Shown one piece after another: positions 42,001-49,576 of a stretch of DNA of 64,000 nucleotides (position 1 is the first letter of the stretch; every line of letters starts with the position of its first letter). This DNA is from Alphaproteobacteria bacterium (GTDB taxonomy: Bacteria; Pseudomonadota; Alphaproteobacteria; Bin95). The stretch lies in the NCBI GenBank assembly GCA_965205265.1, contig CBDBGH010000003.1, positions 1,376,001 to 1,440,000 of the forward strand, written 5' to 3'. Both the position numbers and the translations under genes were made by a program. The notes under the pieces were generated by a model, which was not told the origin of the DNA, did no database searches, and saw only the letters and a list, made by a program, of their open reading frames with translations.

Positions 42001-42494
42001 TCGACAAAGGCGAACTCGCTCTGGTGCGCCGTCGTAGAACTCTTGGCGACATGGTCGTCGCCGGCGAGCGCAATGACGCCGCCATGGGCATGCGTGCCGA
42101 ACAGGTTGGCATGCTTCAGCGCGTCGCCGGTGCGGTCCACGCCCGGCCCCTTGCCGTACCAGATGCCGAACACGCCGTCATATTTGGCGTCGCCGAAGAA
42201 GCCGGACTGCTGGGTTCCCCAGACGGAGGTGGCGGCGAGGTCTTCGTTGACGCCGGCCTTGAAGACGATGCGGTGGTCCTGGAGATGCTTGCGCGCCGCC
42301 CACAGCTGCTGGTCGTAGCCTCCGAGGGGAGAGCCGCGGTAGCCCGAAATGAAGCCGGCGGTATTGAGGCCCGCCGCAAGGTCGCGGCGGCGCTGCACCA
42401 GAGGCAGCCGCACCAGAGCCTGGGCCCCGGTGAGCAGGACCCGTCCTTCGTCCAAGGTGTATTTGTCGTCGAGCTTGACTTGCGCAAGCGCCAT
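39021..42494 (-). CDS. Fused indolepyruvate:ferredoxin oxidoreductase family protein
   Basis: SGYRGSPLG, FCSGCPHN, CEGCGDC, GIGGTG, GLAQKGG, YKDEYEVARL; 1157 aa. Confidence 0.93.
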   Translation of the reverse strand: MALAQVKLDDKYTLDEGRVLLTGAQALVRLPLVQRRRDLAAGLNTAGFISGYRGSPLGGYDQQLWAARKHLQDHRIVFKAGVNEDLAATSVWGTQQSGFFGDAKYDGVFGIWYGKGPGVDRTGDALKHANLFGTHAHGGVIALAGDDHVAKSSTTAHQSEFAFVDAMVPILNPSGVQEFLDFGLYGFAMSRYAGLWAGFICVTDTVDSTATVDIDPDRVQIRLPTDFEMPEGGPNIRWPDMWLEQEPRLHNVKLPAAVAFVRANRLDRVTVGGPGRRIGIVTTGKSYLDVRQALSALGIDDATARELGLSVYKVALSWPIEPEGMRAFCEGLEEVVVVEEKRGLIEPQIKDLLYSTPADRRPRVVGKTDEDGRELLRTHGELQPEEVAEAILSRLGRMADISRFESRLETIRNATRQSGGNQPSLVRTPSFCSGCPHNSGTRLPDGSRAFSGIGCHFMAQWVDPDKTATYTHMGAEGATWAGLHHFVETPHIFQNIGDGTYYHSGILAVRAAVASGANMTYKVLYNDAVAMTGGQPVDGPLSPAMVTQQLAAEGVKPIYLVTDTPEAYEKARDLAPGTVVRHRSELNRVQIELREIEGVSGLVYVQTCAAEKRRRRKRGAFPNPPKRMFINPAVCEGCGDCGVKSNCVSVIPVETEFGRKRMIDQSACNKDYSCLNGFCPSFVTVYDAEPRKGKPAGRAPGPLEVLPEPAIPATGEPYSIMIDGIGGTGVITVGALLAMAAHLEGKAATVMDMTGLAQKGGAVWSHLRIADNPEDLHSVRIGLGGARALIGCDLVTSSQIDTLSRLGRGTSRAVINTYRTYTNEFARNPDMSFPEDELRTRIEAALGGDAVEMIDATRLATALLGDAIGANLFMAGFAYQRGLVPVGAEAIERAIELNGVAVEMNKTAFDWGRRAAHDLAFVERIAYPADARQERPVLESLDDMVARRTAFLTGYQNAAYAGRYKALVDRVRKAEGVEGGGPLSHAVARYYFKLLAYKDEYEVARLHASGDLRKQIERQFEGGYRLEFNLAPPLFARKDPVTGEPRKMRFGSWMLHLFRLLAAMRGLRGTAFDPFGRTEERRRERALIAQYEGDVEEIFARFAPETCAAAVALASVPEHIRGYGHVKLRHLEAAEKQRDAHLEALRNPGKQTIAAAE

Positions 42495-42580
42495 ATCCGG
42501 GCTCCTGGGGCCAGGGCCCGACCTCGCGGGCCCACGCCCCGATTATCTACGATGAGACGGCGTTTCGTCCATGGGGCACC

Positions 42581-43699
42581 CTATTCGGCGCCGGACCGGG
42601 TGCGGGCCCAGCTTTCCTTGATGACAGTCAGAAGATGGCGCTCGCGCACCGTGTCGATCGAAGCGGAAACGGTCATGCCCGCGCGCAGCGGCGGCGCGCC
42701 GGGCCGGTCCTGGAGTTTCAGGCGCACCGGAAGGCGCTGCACCACCTTGACCCAGTTGCCGGTTGCGTTCTGAGGCGGCAGCACGGCGAACTCCGCGCCG
42801 GTGGCCGGGCTGATGCTGTCCACCACCGCCTGCCACACGAAGTCCGGATAGGCATCGACCACAACCGTCGCCTTCTGGCCGACATGGACATGGGTGAGCT
42901 CGGTTTCCTTGAGATTGGCTTCGACCCAGGGCTGCTGCCCGGCGATGATGGAGAACACGGGCTTGCCCGAACTGACAAATTCTCCCGCCTGCAGTTTGAC
43001 ATTGCTGACGATGCCGCCGACCGCTGCGCGTACAACCGTGCGTTCGAGATCGAGCCGGGCCGCATCGCGCAGCGATTGCTTCTCCCGGTACATCGGGTGG
43101 CTCTCGACCGGCGTGTCGAGCGCCCCGCCCAATTCGACCAGCACCCGATTCATCCGCTTCCGGGCCACCTCGGCCTGCTTGCGAATCACCTCGGTCCGCT
43201 GACGGGCGACAGCCAGATCGTGCTCCGCCGCTTCCAGCTTGATCCGGGCCGCCGCGCCGCGCCGCTGAAGGCTGCGAAAGCGTTTCACCTGCGCCGTGTG
43301 GTAGCGAACGGCCTCAAGCGCCTCGTGCCGCTCGCCCTCCGTCACCTCCAATTCGCTCGCGGCGACGTCGTATTCGGCCCGCAGGCCGAGCAGTTCGTCG
43401 CGCACCATGCCCATTTCCGCCTCGGCGCGCGCCAGGCGAATTTCGACAGGGACCGGGTCGATGCGGAACAGCAGGTCTCCGGCGCGGACTTGCTCGTGGT
43501 CGCGCACGGCGATGTCCACCACCCGGCCCTCGATATCGGCGCTCACCTGGATGATATCGTTCTTCACATAGGCGTTCTCGGTCGTCACGTAACGCCCGCC
43601 GGTGAGATAGACATAGGATCCGACCGCTATCGCGGCGAGCGGCACCACGATCAGCAGGAACAGGCGGGTCAGGGCCCGGCTTACACGGCGCAGACTCAT
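42581..43699 (-). CDS. HlyD/EmrA-type membrane fusion protein
   Basis: TENAYV, ANLKET, SPATGAEFAVLPPQNATGNWVKVVQRLPV. Confidence 0.93.
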   Translation of the reverse strand: MSLRRVSRALTRLFLLIVVPLAAIAVGSYVYLTGGRYVTTENAYVKNDIIQVSADIEGRVVDIAVRDHEQVRAGDLLFRIDPVPVEIRLARAEAEMGMVRDELLGLRAEYDVAASELEVTEGERHEALEAVRYHTAQVKRFRSLQRRGAAARIKLEAAEHDLAVARQRTEVIRKQAEVARKRMNRVLVELGGALDTPVESHPMYREKQSLRDAARLDLERTVVRAAVGGIVSNVKLQAGEFVSSGKPVFSIIAGQQPWVEANLKETELTHVHVGQKATVVVDAYPDFVWQAVVDSISPATGAEFAVLPPQNATGNWVKVVQRLPVRLKLQDRPGAPPLRAGMTVSASIDTVRERHLLTVIKESWARTRSGAE

Positions 43700-44175
43700 T
43701 GGGCTGCCATCTGTCTGTCGGCCGCACTGGCCGTCTGGCTGCTGTTCTGGAGCATTTCCTGCAAACGGGCCTTGACGGTAATCAGCACCTCAATCGCCTT
43801 GTCGTGTTCGGCCTCATCGAGGTCGCTCAGCGCTTCGTGAATTGTCTCCAGCGCGATCGTGCGCATCGAGCGTTCGATCGCTTCGGCTTTCCGCGTGAGA
43901 TGGATGCGCTTGACGCGCCGGTCGGCGCGGTCGGCCACGCGCACGACGAAGCCGCTTTTCTCAAGCCGGTCGATCAGGCGGCCGGCGGACCCTTTCTCCA
44001 TCTCCATGGTCTCCGCCAGCTCCGACTGCGTGCATCCGGACTGGCGGTAAATGCGGGTGAGCGCCAGCCACTGTGAGCGCGTGAGGCCGAAATCCCGCAC
44101 CCGGCGGTCGAATTCCGTGCGCAGCAGGCGTGCAACATCGGAGACCAGAAAGCCGAAATAGCGTTCGTCTTCCAT
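43696..44175 (-). CDS. MarR family regulator (SlyA-like)
   Basis: GLTRSQW, TQSELA, LIDRLE, DRRVKRI. Confidence 0.92.
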   Translation of the reverse strand: MEDERYFGFLVSDVARLLRTEFDRRVRDFGLTRSQWLALTRIYRQSGCTQSELAETMEMEKGSAGRLIDRLEKSGFVVRVADRADRRVKRIHLTRKAEAIERSMRTIALETIHEALSDLDEAEHDKAIEVLITVKARLQEMLQNSSQTASAADRQMAAQ

Positions 44176-44286
44176 GCGTTTGGAGCCCGAATTTAGTTAC
44201 CTAGGCGACTTTATGCAGAGATATGGTCGCGCAGGCAACAAAGTCAAGGCGCGAATTCGAAACGGCAGGGCAAAAACCGCGAAATC

Positions 44287-45240
44287 TCACGCGCCGCCGC
44301 AGGCGCCGCCGCCGAGCACGCAGAATCTGGCGCAGTGCACATGGTTGAGGGGCACGGACCCGGCGGCCTCGGACAGCGTTTCGCCGAGCTCGAAACGCGG
44401 GTCGTAGGGCAGGAGGGTACAGGCGACGACGACCGGTCGTGGCGCCCCCCGGCGTTTTACGACCATGCGGGAGGACGAGCACATGATGTCGGAGGGCGAC
44501 TTGCCGAGCACTGCCCAGCAGGCGGCGCTGATTTCCGGCACGGGGGCGCCTTCGTCCATTTCGGGAAAAAGCGTCAAGGCAATCGGGTCGTCGGCATTGC
44601 AACCGAGGCCCAGCCCGGCGAACAGGCGCGCATAGCCGGCGCGGGCGGAGGCTTCGTCTTCTCCCCAGCAGGTGCGGCCTGCGACTTCCGGCGCAAAGCC
44701 GTTTTCGTCGAGCCAGGACAGTCCGGCGAGCGCGGGCTCCCAACTGCGTTCGCCGCGTTCCGTCTCATGCAACGCTTCGGTGTAATGGTCGAGCGAGACG
44801 CGGAGGCGAACCCTGCCGCCGTGGCGGGCCCGGAGTTCCAGCAGTGCCGCGTTGTGCTTCATCATCGGACGCATCGCATTGGTCAGCGTCAACGTCTCGA
44901 AGCCGCGTTCGAGCGCGTCCGCCAGCATGGTCGTGAAATGCGGATTCATGAACGGCTCGCCGCCCGTGAAACCGATCGTGCGGGTTCCGGCATCCGTTCG
45001 CGCGACCTCGTCCAGATATGCCGCGACTTCATCCGCCCGGATGTAGGCGAGACGGTCGTTGCGGGGGCTCGACTCGATGTAGCAATTGCGGCAGGCGAGA
45101 TTGCACAGCGTCCCGGTATTGATCCAGAGCGTCTCCAGCTTGCGCAGCGCGACCCGCGCGCGGGGGCTGCCGTCGGCAGTCAGGTCGGGATCCTGGAATT
45201 TTCCGCGGTCAGCTACGCCCGCCGGCACCGAATCCGGCAT
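44287..45240 (-). CDS. Radical SAM protein
   Basis: CNLACRNC, FTGGEP, LTNA; Cys-rich C-terminus HCARFCVLGGGAC. Confidence 0.88.
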   Translation of the reverse strand: MPDSVPAGVADRGKFQDPDLTADGSPRARVALRKLETLWINTGTLCNLACRNCYIESSPRNDRLAYIRADEVAAYLDEVARTDAGTRTIGFTGGEPFMNPHFTTMLADALERGFETLTLTNAMRPMMKHNAALLELRARHGGRVRLRVSLDHYTEALHETERGERSWEPALAGLSWLDENGFAPEVAGRTCWGEDEASARAGYARLFAGLGLGCNADDPIALTLFPEMDEGAPVPEISAACWAVLGKSPSDIMCSSSRMVVKRRGAPRPVVVACTLLPYDPRFELGETLSEAAGSVPLNHVHCARFCVLGGGACGGA

Positions 45241-45382
45241 CAGCGCCTCCGGCCAATTCGACCCCGCCGTTATAGAAGACAGGCTGTCGGACCGTCCAGT
45301 TCAACCTGCCCGCGATCCACCGCTTTGCACCGAGGGCAGAGGGTTTCTATGGTGCGGCCATTCAAAACGAGGAGTAGCAGGC

Positions 45383-45865
45383 ATGACGATTGCCAAGGGA
45401 GACAAGGTCCCGGCCGCGACCTTGAAAGAGGTAACGGACGGCGGACCGCAGAGCGTCGAGACGGCGGACCTCTTCGCCGGCAGGAAGGTGGTCGCCTTCT
45501 GCGTGCCCGGGGCCTTCACGCCCACCTGTTCGGCAAAGCACCTGCCGGGCTTCGTCGAGAAGGCGGATGCGATCCGCGCCAGGGGGGTGGACGACATCGT
45601 CTGCCTTGCGGTCAACGACGCCTTCGTCATGAACGCCTGGGGAGAACGCGGCGGCGCGGCCGGCAAGATCCGTATGCTCGCCGACGGCAATGGCGACCTT
45701 GCCCGGGCGATGGGCGTCGAGATCGATCTGAGTTCCGTCGGGCTCGGTATGCGTTCGTGCCGCTACTCGATGATCGTCGAGGACGGGACGATCGAGCAAT
45801 TGAACCTGGAGGACGGCACCTCCTACGAGGTTTCCAGCGCCGAGAAAATTCTCGACCAGCTCTAG
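45383..45865 (+). CDS. Peroxiredoxin (Prx5 type)
   Basis: [21 protein letters not shown]; AGGAG SD before ATG 45383. Confidence 0.93.
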   Translation: MTIAKGDKVPAATLKEVTDGGPQSVETADLFAGRKVVAFCVPGAFTPTCSAKHLPGFVEKADAIRARGVDDIVCLAVNDAFVMNAWGERGGAAGKIRMLADGNGDLARAMGVEIDLSSVGLGMRSCRYSMIVEDGTIEQLNLEDGTSYEVSSAEKILDQL

Positions 45866-46305
45866 CAGCGGCTGCCCTCGCGCTCGGCCTGTTGCCGCGC
45901 GAGGGCGTCCACGCGCTCGTTTTCGGCGTGGCCGGCATGGCCGCGGACCCAGAGCCATTCGATTTCGTGGCGGGCCGCCGCCGTGTCGAGCCGCCGCCAC
46001 AGGTCGATGTTCTTCACGGGCTTTTTTGCCGCGGTGCGCCAGCCATTGCGCTTCCACACCGGCAGCCAGGACCGGACGCCGTCCATGACATAGCGGCTGT
46101 CGGTCACAAGGCGCACGGAGCAGGGCCGGGTGAGGGCTTCGAGGCCCGCAATGGCGGCCATCAGCTCCATGCGGTTATTGGTGGTATGCGGGGCGCCGCC
46201 GGCCAATTCCGATTCTTGCGCGCCATAGCGCAGCAGCGCCGCCCAGCCGCCGGGACCCGGATTTCCGAGACAGGCGCCGTCGGTGAAGATTTCGACGCCG
46301 GTCAT
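45862..46305 (-). CDS. rnhA: Ribonuclease HI
   Basis: [34 protein letters not shown]. Confidence 0.97.
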   Translation of the reverse strand: MTGVEIFTDGACLGNPGPGGWAALLRYGAQESELAGGAPHTTNNRMELMAAIAGLEALTRPCSVRLVTDSRYVMDGVRSWLPVWKRNGWRTAAKKPVKNIDLWRRLDTAAARHEIEWLWVRGHAGHAENERVDALARQQAEREGSRC

Positions 46306-47219
46306 GAGAGCCCGCCCAGCTTGCGCATGTATTCGAGCGGATCCTTGGGGGTCATCAGCGCGGCGGGGGCCGGATTGAGCCAGTCATGCAGCCGGGTCAG
46401 AAGGAAGCGGAGCGCCGCACCTCGCCTCAGTTTCGGCAAGGCACGGAGTTCGGCGGACACGAGCGGCCGGGCGGACTCGTAGCCCTGCTGCATCTCGGCC
46501 GCGGCATGGGCATCGAAGCGCCCCTGCGTATCCGCAGCCCATGCGACCTGGGTAATGGCAAGGTCGTAGGCGAGCGCATCGGTGCAGGCGAAATAGAAAT
46601 CGTAAATGCCCGATACGGCGCTGTCCCGGAAGACCGCATTGTCCGGGAAGAGGTCGGCATGGATGGCGCCGCCGGGCAGGTCCGCCGGCCACGTCCCTGC
46701 CAGTTCGCCGAGGGCTTCGGCGATGTATTCGGCCAGGCCGGCGGCCACCTCGTCGGCGCGGCCGGATGTCAGGGCGGCGAGGCGGCGCCACCCTTCCGGG
46801 CCCAGGTCGTTGGGACGCCGCGAAGGAAACCCGGCGCCGGCCAGATGAAGCCGGGCGAGCGCTTCGCCGATGGCCCGGAACGCCGAGGGGTCGCGTTCGC
46901 CTTCCAGAAAGGTCACGATGAGCGCGGTGCGTCCGGCCAGCGGCGCCAGACACGCTCCGTCGAGGCGGCGCACCGGGGCAGGGCAGGGCACGCCGCGAAC
47001 CGCAAGATAGTCCATCAGATCCACGAAGAACGGCAGGTCCCCGGGGTCGATCCTGTTCTCGAACAGGGTCAGCACATAGCGGCCCGAGGCGGTCTCGAGC
47101 AGATAGTTCGTGTTGTCGATTCCCTCGGGTATGGGCTCGAACCGCAGCAGGCGGCCCAGCCGGTATCCGGCCAGGAACCGCTCCAGCGCGGCCCCGCCGA
47201 CCGGCGTATAGACCGCCAT
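46302..47219 (-). CDS. thrB: Homoserine kinase type II
   Basis: [32 protein letters not shown]. Confidence 0.95.
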   Translation of the reverse strand: MAVYTPVGGAALERFLAGYRLGRLLRFEPIPEGIDNTNYLLETASGRYVLTLFENRIDPGDLPFFVDLMDYLAVRGVPCPAPVRRLDGACLAPLAGRTALIVTFLEGERDPSAFRAIGEALARLHLAGAGFPSRRPNDLGPEGWRRLAALTSGRADEVAAGLAEYIAEALGELAGTWPADLPGGAIHADLFPDNAVFRDSAVSGIYDFYFACTDALAYDLAITQVAWAADTQGRFDAHAAAEMQQGYESARPLVSAELRALPKLRRGAALRFLLTRLHDWLNPAPAALMTPKDPLEYMRKLGGLS

Positions 47220-47225
47220 CCGGGG

Positions 47226-48176
47226 TCAGGCCACCAGTTCGCGCGGCAATTTGAACTTCACGGTTTCCAGAGTGTCGGTCCAGTCCTCGACCGTCACATC
47301 GAAGCGTTTGCGGCAGGCCTGCACGACCTCCTCGACCAGCACTTCGGGCGCCGATGCGCCTGCCGTGACCGCCAATACCCGGATGTCCATCAGCGCCGCC
47401 CAATCGACATGGTCCACGCCGTCCACGAGATAGGACCGCAGGCACCCGGCCGCCCGGGCGACCTCGACGAGGCGGTTGGAGTTCGATGAGTTCCGGGACC
47501 CGATCACGAGCACGGCGTCCGCGCCGGGCACGGCGGCCTTGACCGCGGCCTGGCGGTTGGTCGTGGCGTAGCAGATGTCTTCCCGTCTCGGTTCGTGCAG
47601 ATCGGGAAAGCGCGTCCGCAGCGCCCCGATGATTTCCGCGGTATCGTCCACCGAAAGCGTCGTTTGCGTGACATAGGCAAGCTGGCGTCCGGCCGGCGGC
47701 TCGACCCGCTGCGCATCCTCGACGGTCTGGATCAGCTCGATGGCGCCCTTCGGCAGTTGGCCCATCGTGCCCACGACCTCCGGGTGGCCGGCATGGCCGA
47801 TCAGAAAGATATGCCGGTCGGCTGCGAAATGCCGCTCGGCCTCCCGATGGATCTTGCTGACCAGCGGGCAGGTTGCGTCGATATAGTGCAGCTCGCGCCG
47901 CCCGGCTTCCGCGGGGACGGATTTCGGCACGCCATGCGCCGAAAAGACGACCGGCACATCGTCCGGAACCTCGTCCAGCTCCTCGACGAAGACCGCGCCC
48001 TTGTCCTCGAGCGTCTCGACGACGAAACGGTTATGCACGATTTCGTGGCGCACATAGACGGGCGCGCCGTAGCGTTCGAGAGCGGCTTCGATGATCTCGA
48101 TGGCGCGAACGACGCCCGCGCAAAATCCGCGCGGACCGACCAGACGGATCGTGAGAGCCGGCTTCCTGCTTGTCAT
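47226..48176 (-). CDS. ispH: 4-hydroxy-3-methylbut-2-enyl diphosphate reductase
   Basis: [38 protein letters not shown]. Confidence 0.97.
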   Translation of the reverse strand: MTSRKPALTIRLVGPRGFCAGVVRAIEIIEAALERYGAPVYVRHEIVHNRFVVETLEDKGAVFVEELDEVPDDVPVVFSAHGVPKSVPAEAGRRELHYIDATCPLVSKIHREAERHFAADRHIFLIGHAGHPEVVGTMGQLPKGAIELIQTVEDAQRVEPPAGRQLAYVTQTTLSVDDTAEIIGALRTRFPDLHEPRREDICYATTNRQAAVKAAVPGADAVLVIGSRNSSNSNRLVEVARAAGCLRSYLVDGVDHVDWAALMDIRVLAVTAGASAPEVLVEEVVQACRKRFDVTVEDWTDTLETVKFKLPRELVA

Positions 48177-48251
48177 TGTGCCTACCTCCGGTCCGTTCTA
48201 AGGTCCGCAGCGCGCCTGGCGCACCGTCGAACCTAATCCAGAGGGCAGTCG

Positions 48252-48782
48252 ATGGCGAGAGGATTCGCGGCCGGAGCCGCAGCGTCGGTCGCGGCGCTTT
48301 CGATACTGGCCGGGTGCTCGACCCTTGGCGGAGGCTCCGTCGCGTGCCCGACGGTCGATGCCCTCGACGGCGCAAGGCAACTGACGAGGTTCAAGGGCGC
48401 CGGGAGAGACCTGACGGACATAGAATTCCAGGCCCATGTCGGGAACCTCGCGGCGGACTGCAGCTTCGACGACGACACCGAGGTCGGCTCTGTCGATCTC
48501 GACATCGTATTCCGCACGCAGCGCGGCCCTGCAGGTTCTGCGGGCGAACACAAGTTCGGCTATTTCGTTGCGGTGATCGATCCGGACGGCGGCGTTGCGG
48601 CGCGGACGCCGTTTTCCGTGAAGGTTTCGTTCGCGGGCGGCGCGACGGAGACCGCCGAGTCGGAGCGTCTGGCCCTGGATATCCCGACGGCGGAAAATGC
48701 CGCTCTGGCCTCCTACCGCATCTATGTCGGGATGGAGCTGACGAAGGAACAGTTCGAGCGCAATCTCGGAGGCGGCCGCTAG
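48252..48782 (+). CDS. Conserved hypothetical lipoprotein
   Basis: Lipobox LAGC; divergent from ispH. Confidence 0.75.
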   Translation: MARGFAAGAAASVAALSILAGCSTLGGGSVACPTVDALDGARQLTRFKGAGRDLTDIEFQAHVGNLAADCSFDDDTEVGSVDLDIVFRTQRGPAGSAGEHKFGYFVAVIDPDGGVAARTPFSVKVSFAGGATETAESERLALDIPTAENAALASYRIYVGMELTKEQFERNLGGGR

Positions 48783-48829
48783 AACGGAATTCCTTCGGGT
48801 TGAAACGGCCCTGTCCACAAAGCCTCAAT

Positions 48830-48934
48830 TGTCGCCCCGGCCCCCGGGAGCCGGGGTCCAGAGCCGCCTTCGAAACCTGGCACGGTCCGGGCAGCCTGGA
48901 CCCCGGATCTCCGCCTCGCTCCGTCCGGGGTGAC
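48830..48934. repeat. REP-like doublet, second family
   Basis: TGTCGCCCCGG...CCGGGGTCCAG and inverted CTGGACCCCGG...CCGGGGTGACA. Confidence 0.75.
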
Positions 48935-49029
48935 AATCGGGGCTGCGCATGCGGCTCCGTTGCAACCCGAAAGGGGCTTATATGGACAGGTTGACGACAG
49001 GTTTGCGAGGCTTCGCGCCTTCTCTCCAG

Positions 49030-49490
49030 CGTCATACCCGGACTTGTTCCGGGTATGACGCTCCACCGTTGCTGCCGGACGGCCGCATGGATACCCGGAA
49101 CAAGTCCATTGCTGTCCGGTTCAGCCATTGGGTGAGGCTGAACGGGAGTCCGCCGGGGGGTTCGGGGGCGCGCGGCGTCTGCGATCCGCCCCTTGCCCGT
49201 GAGGCTCGAACGCCCCTCTTCGGCAGGCTCAGGGCAGGTTCTTTCGTCATACCCGGACTTGTCCCGGGTATCCATACGGCCGCCCCGGGAGAAGCGGTGG
49301 AGGGAGATGCCCGGAACAAGTCCGGGCATGACGATATGGGGGTCGGGCATGACGACTTGAGGGCCGGGCCGCCGGGCGTCGATCCGGGTCCCGATCCCGC
49401 CGAACCCCTCGAAACCCGGTTGAATTCGAGCCATACGTCCTGTCCACAAAATCTAAACCGGACAGCAATGGAACAAGTCCGGGTATGACG
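49030..49490. repeat. CGTC REP doublet whose right arm is interrupted by a MITE
   Basis: Left arm CGTCATACCCGGACTTGTTCCGGGTAT at 49030; right arm is restored to GATACCCGGAACAAGTCCGGGTATGACG on removing 49107-49479. Confidence 0.85.
49107..49470. mobile_element. Non-autonomous MITE, 15-bp TIR, 9-bp target duplication
   Basis: CATTGCTGTCCGGTT(49107-49121) / AACCGGACAGCAATG(49456-49470), flanked by GAACAAGTC on both sides; internal REP doublet 49245-49333. Confidence 0.85.
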
Positions 49491-49576
49491 GAGAGGACGC
49501 TAAGACATGACGGAAGAAATGTCGTTGGCCTCCCCGCCAACCTATCTTTGTAATCCCCACCCGAAAGGATCGTTCC

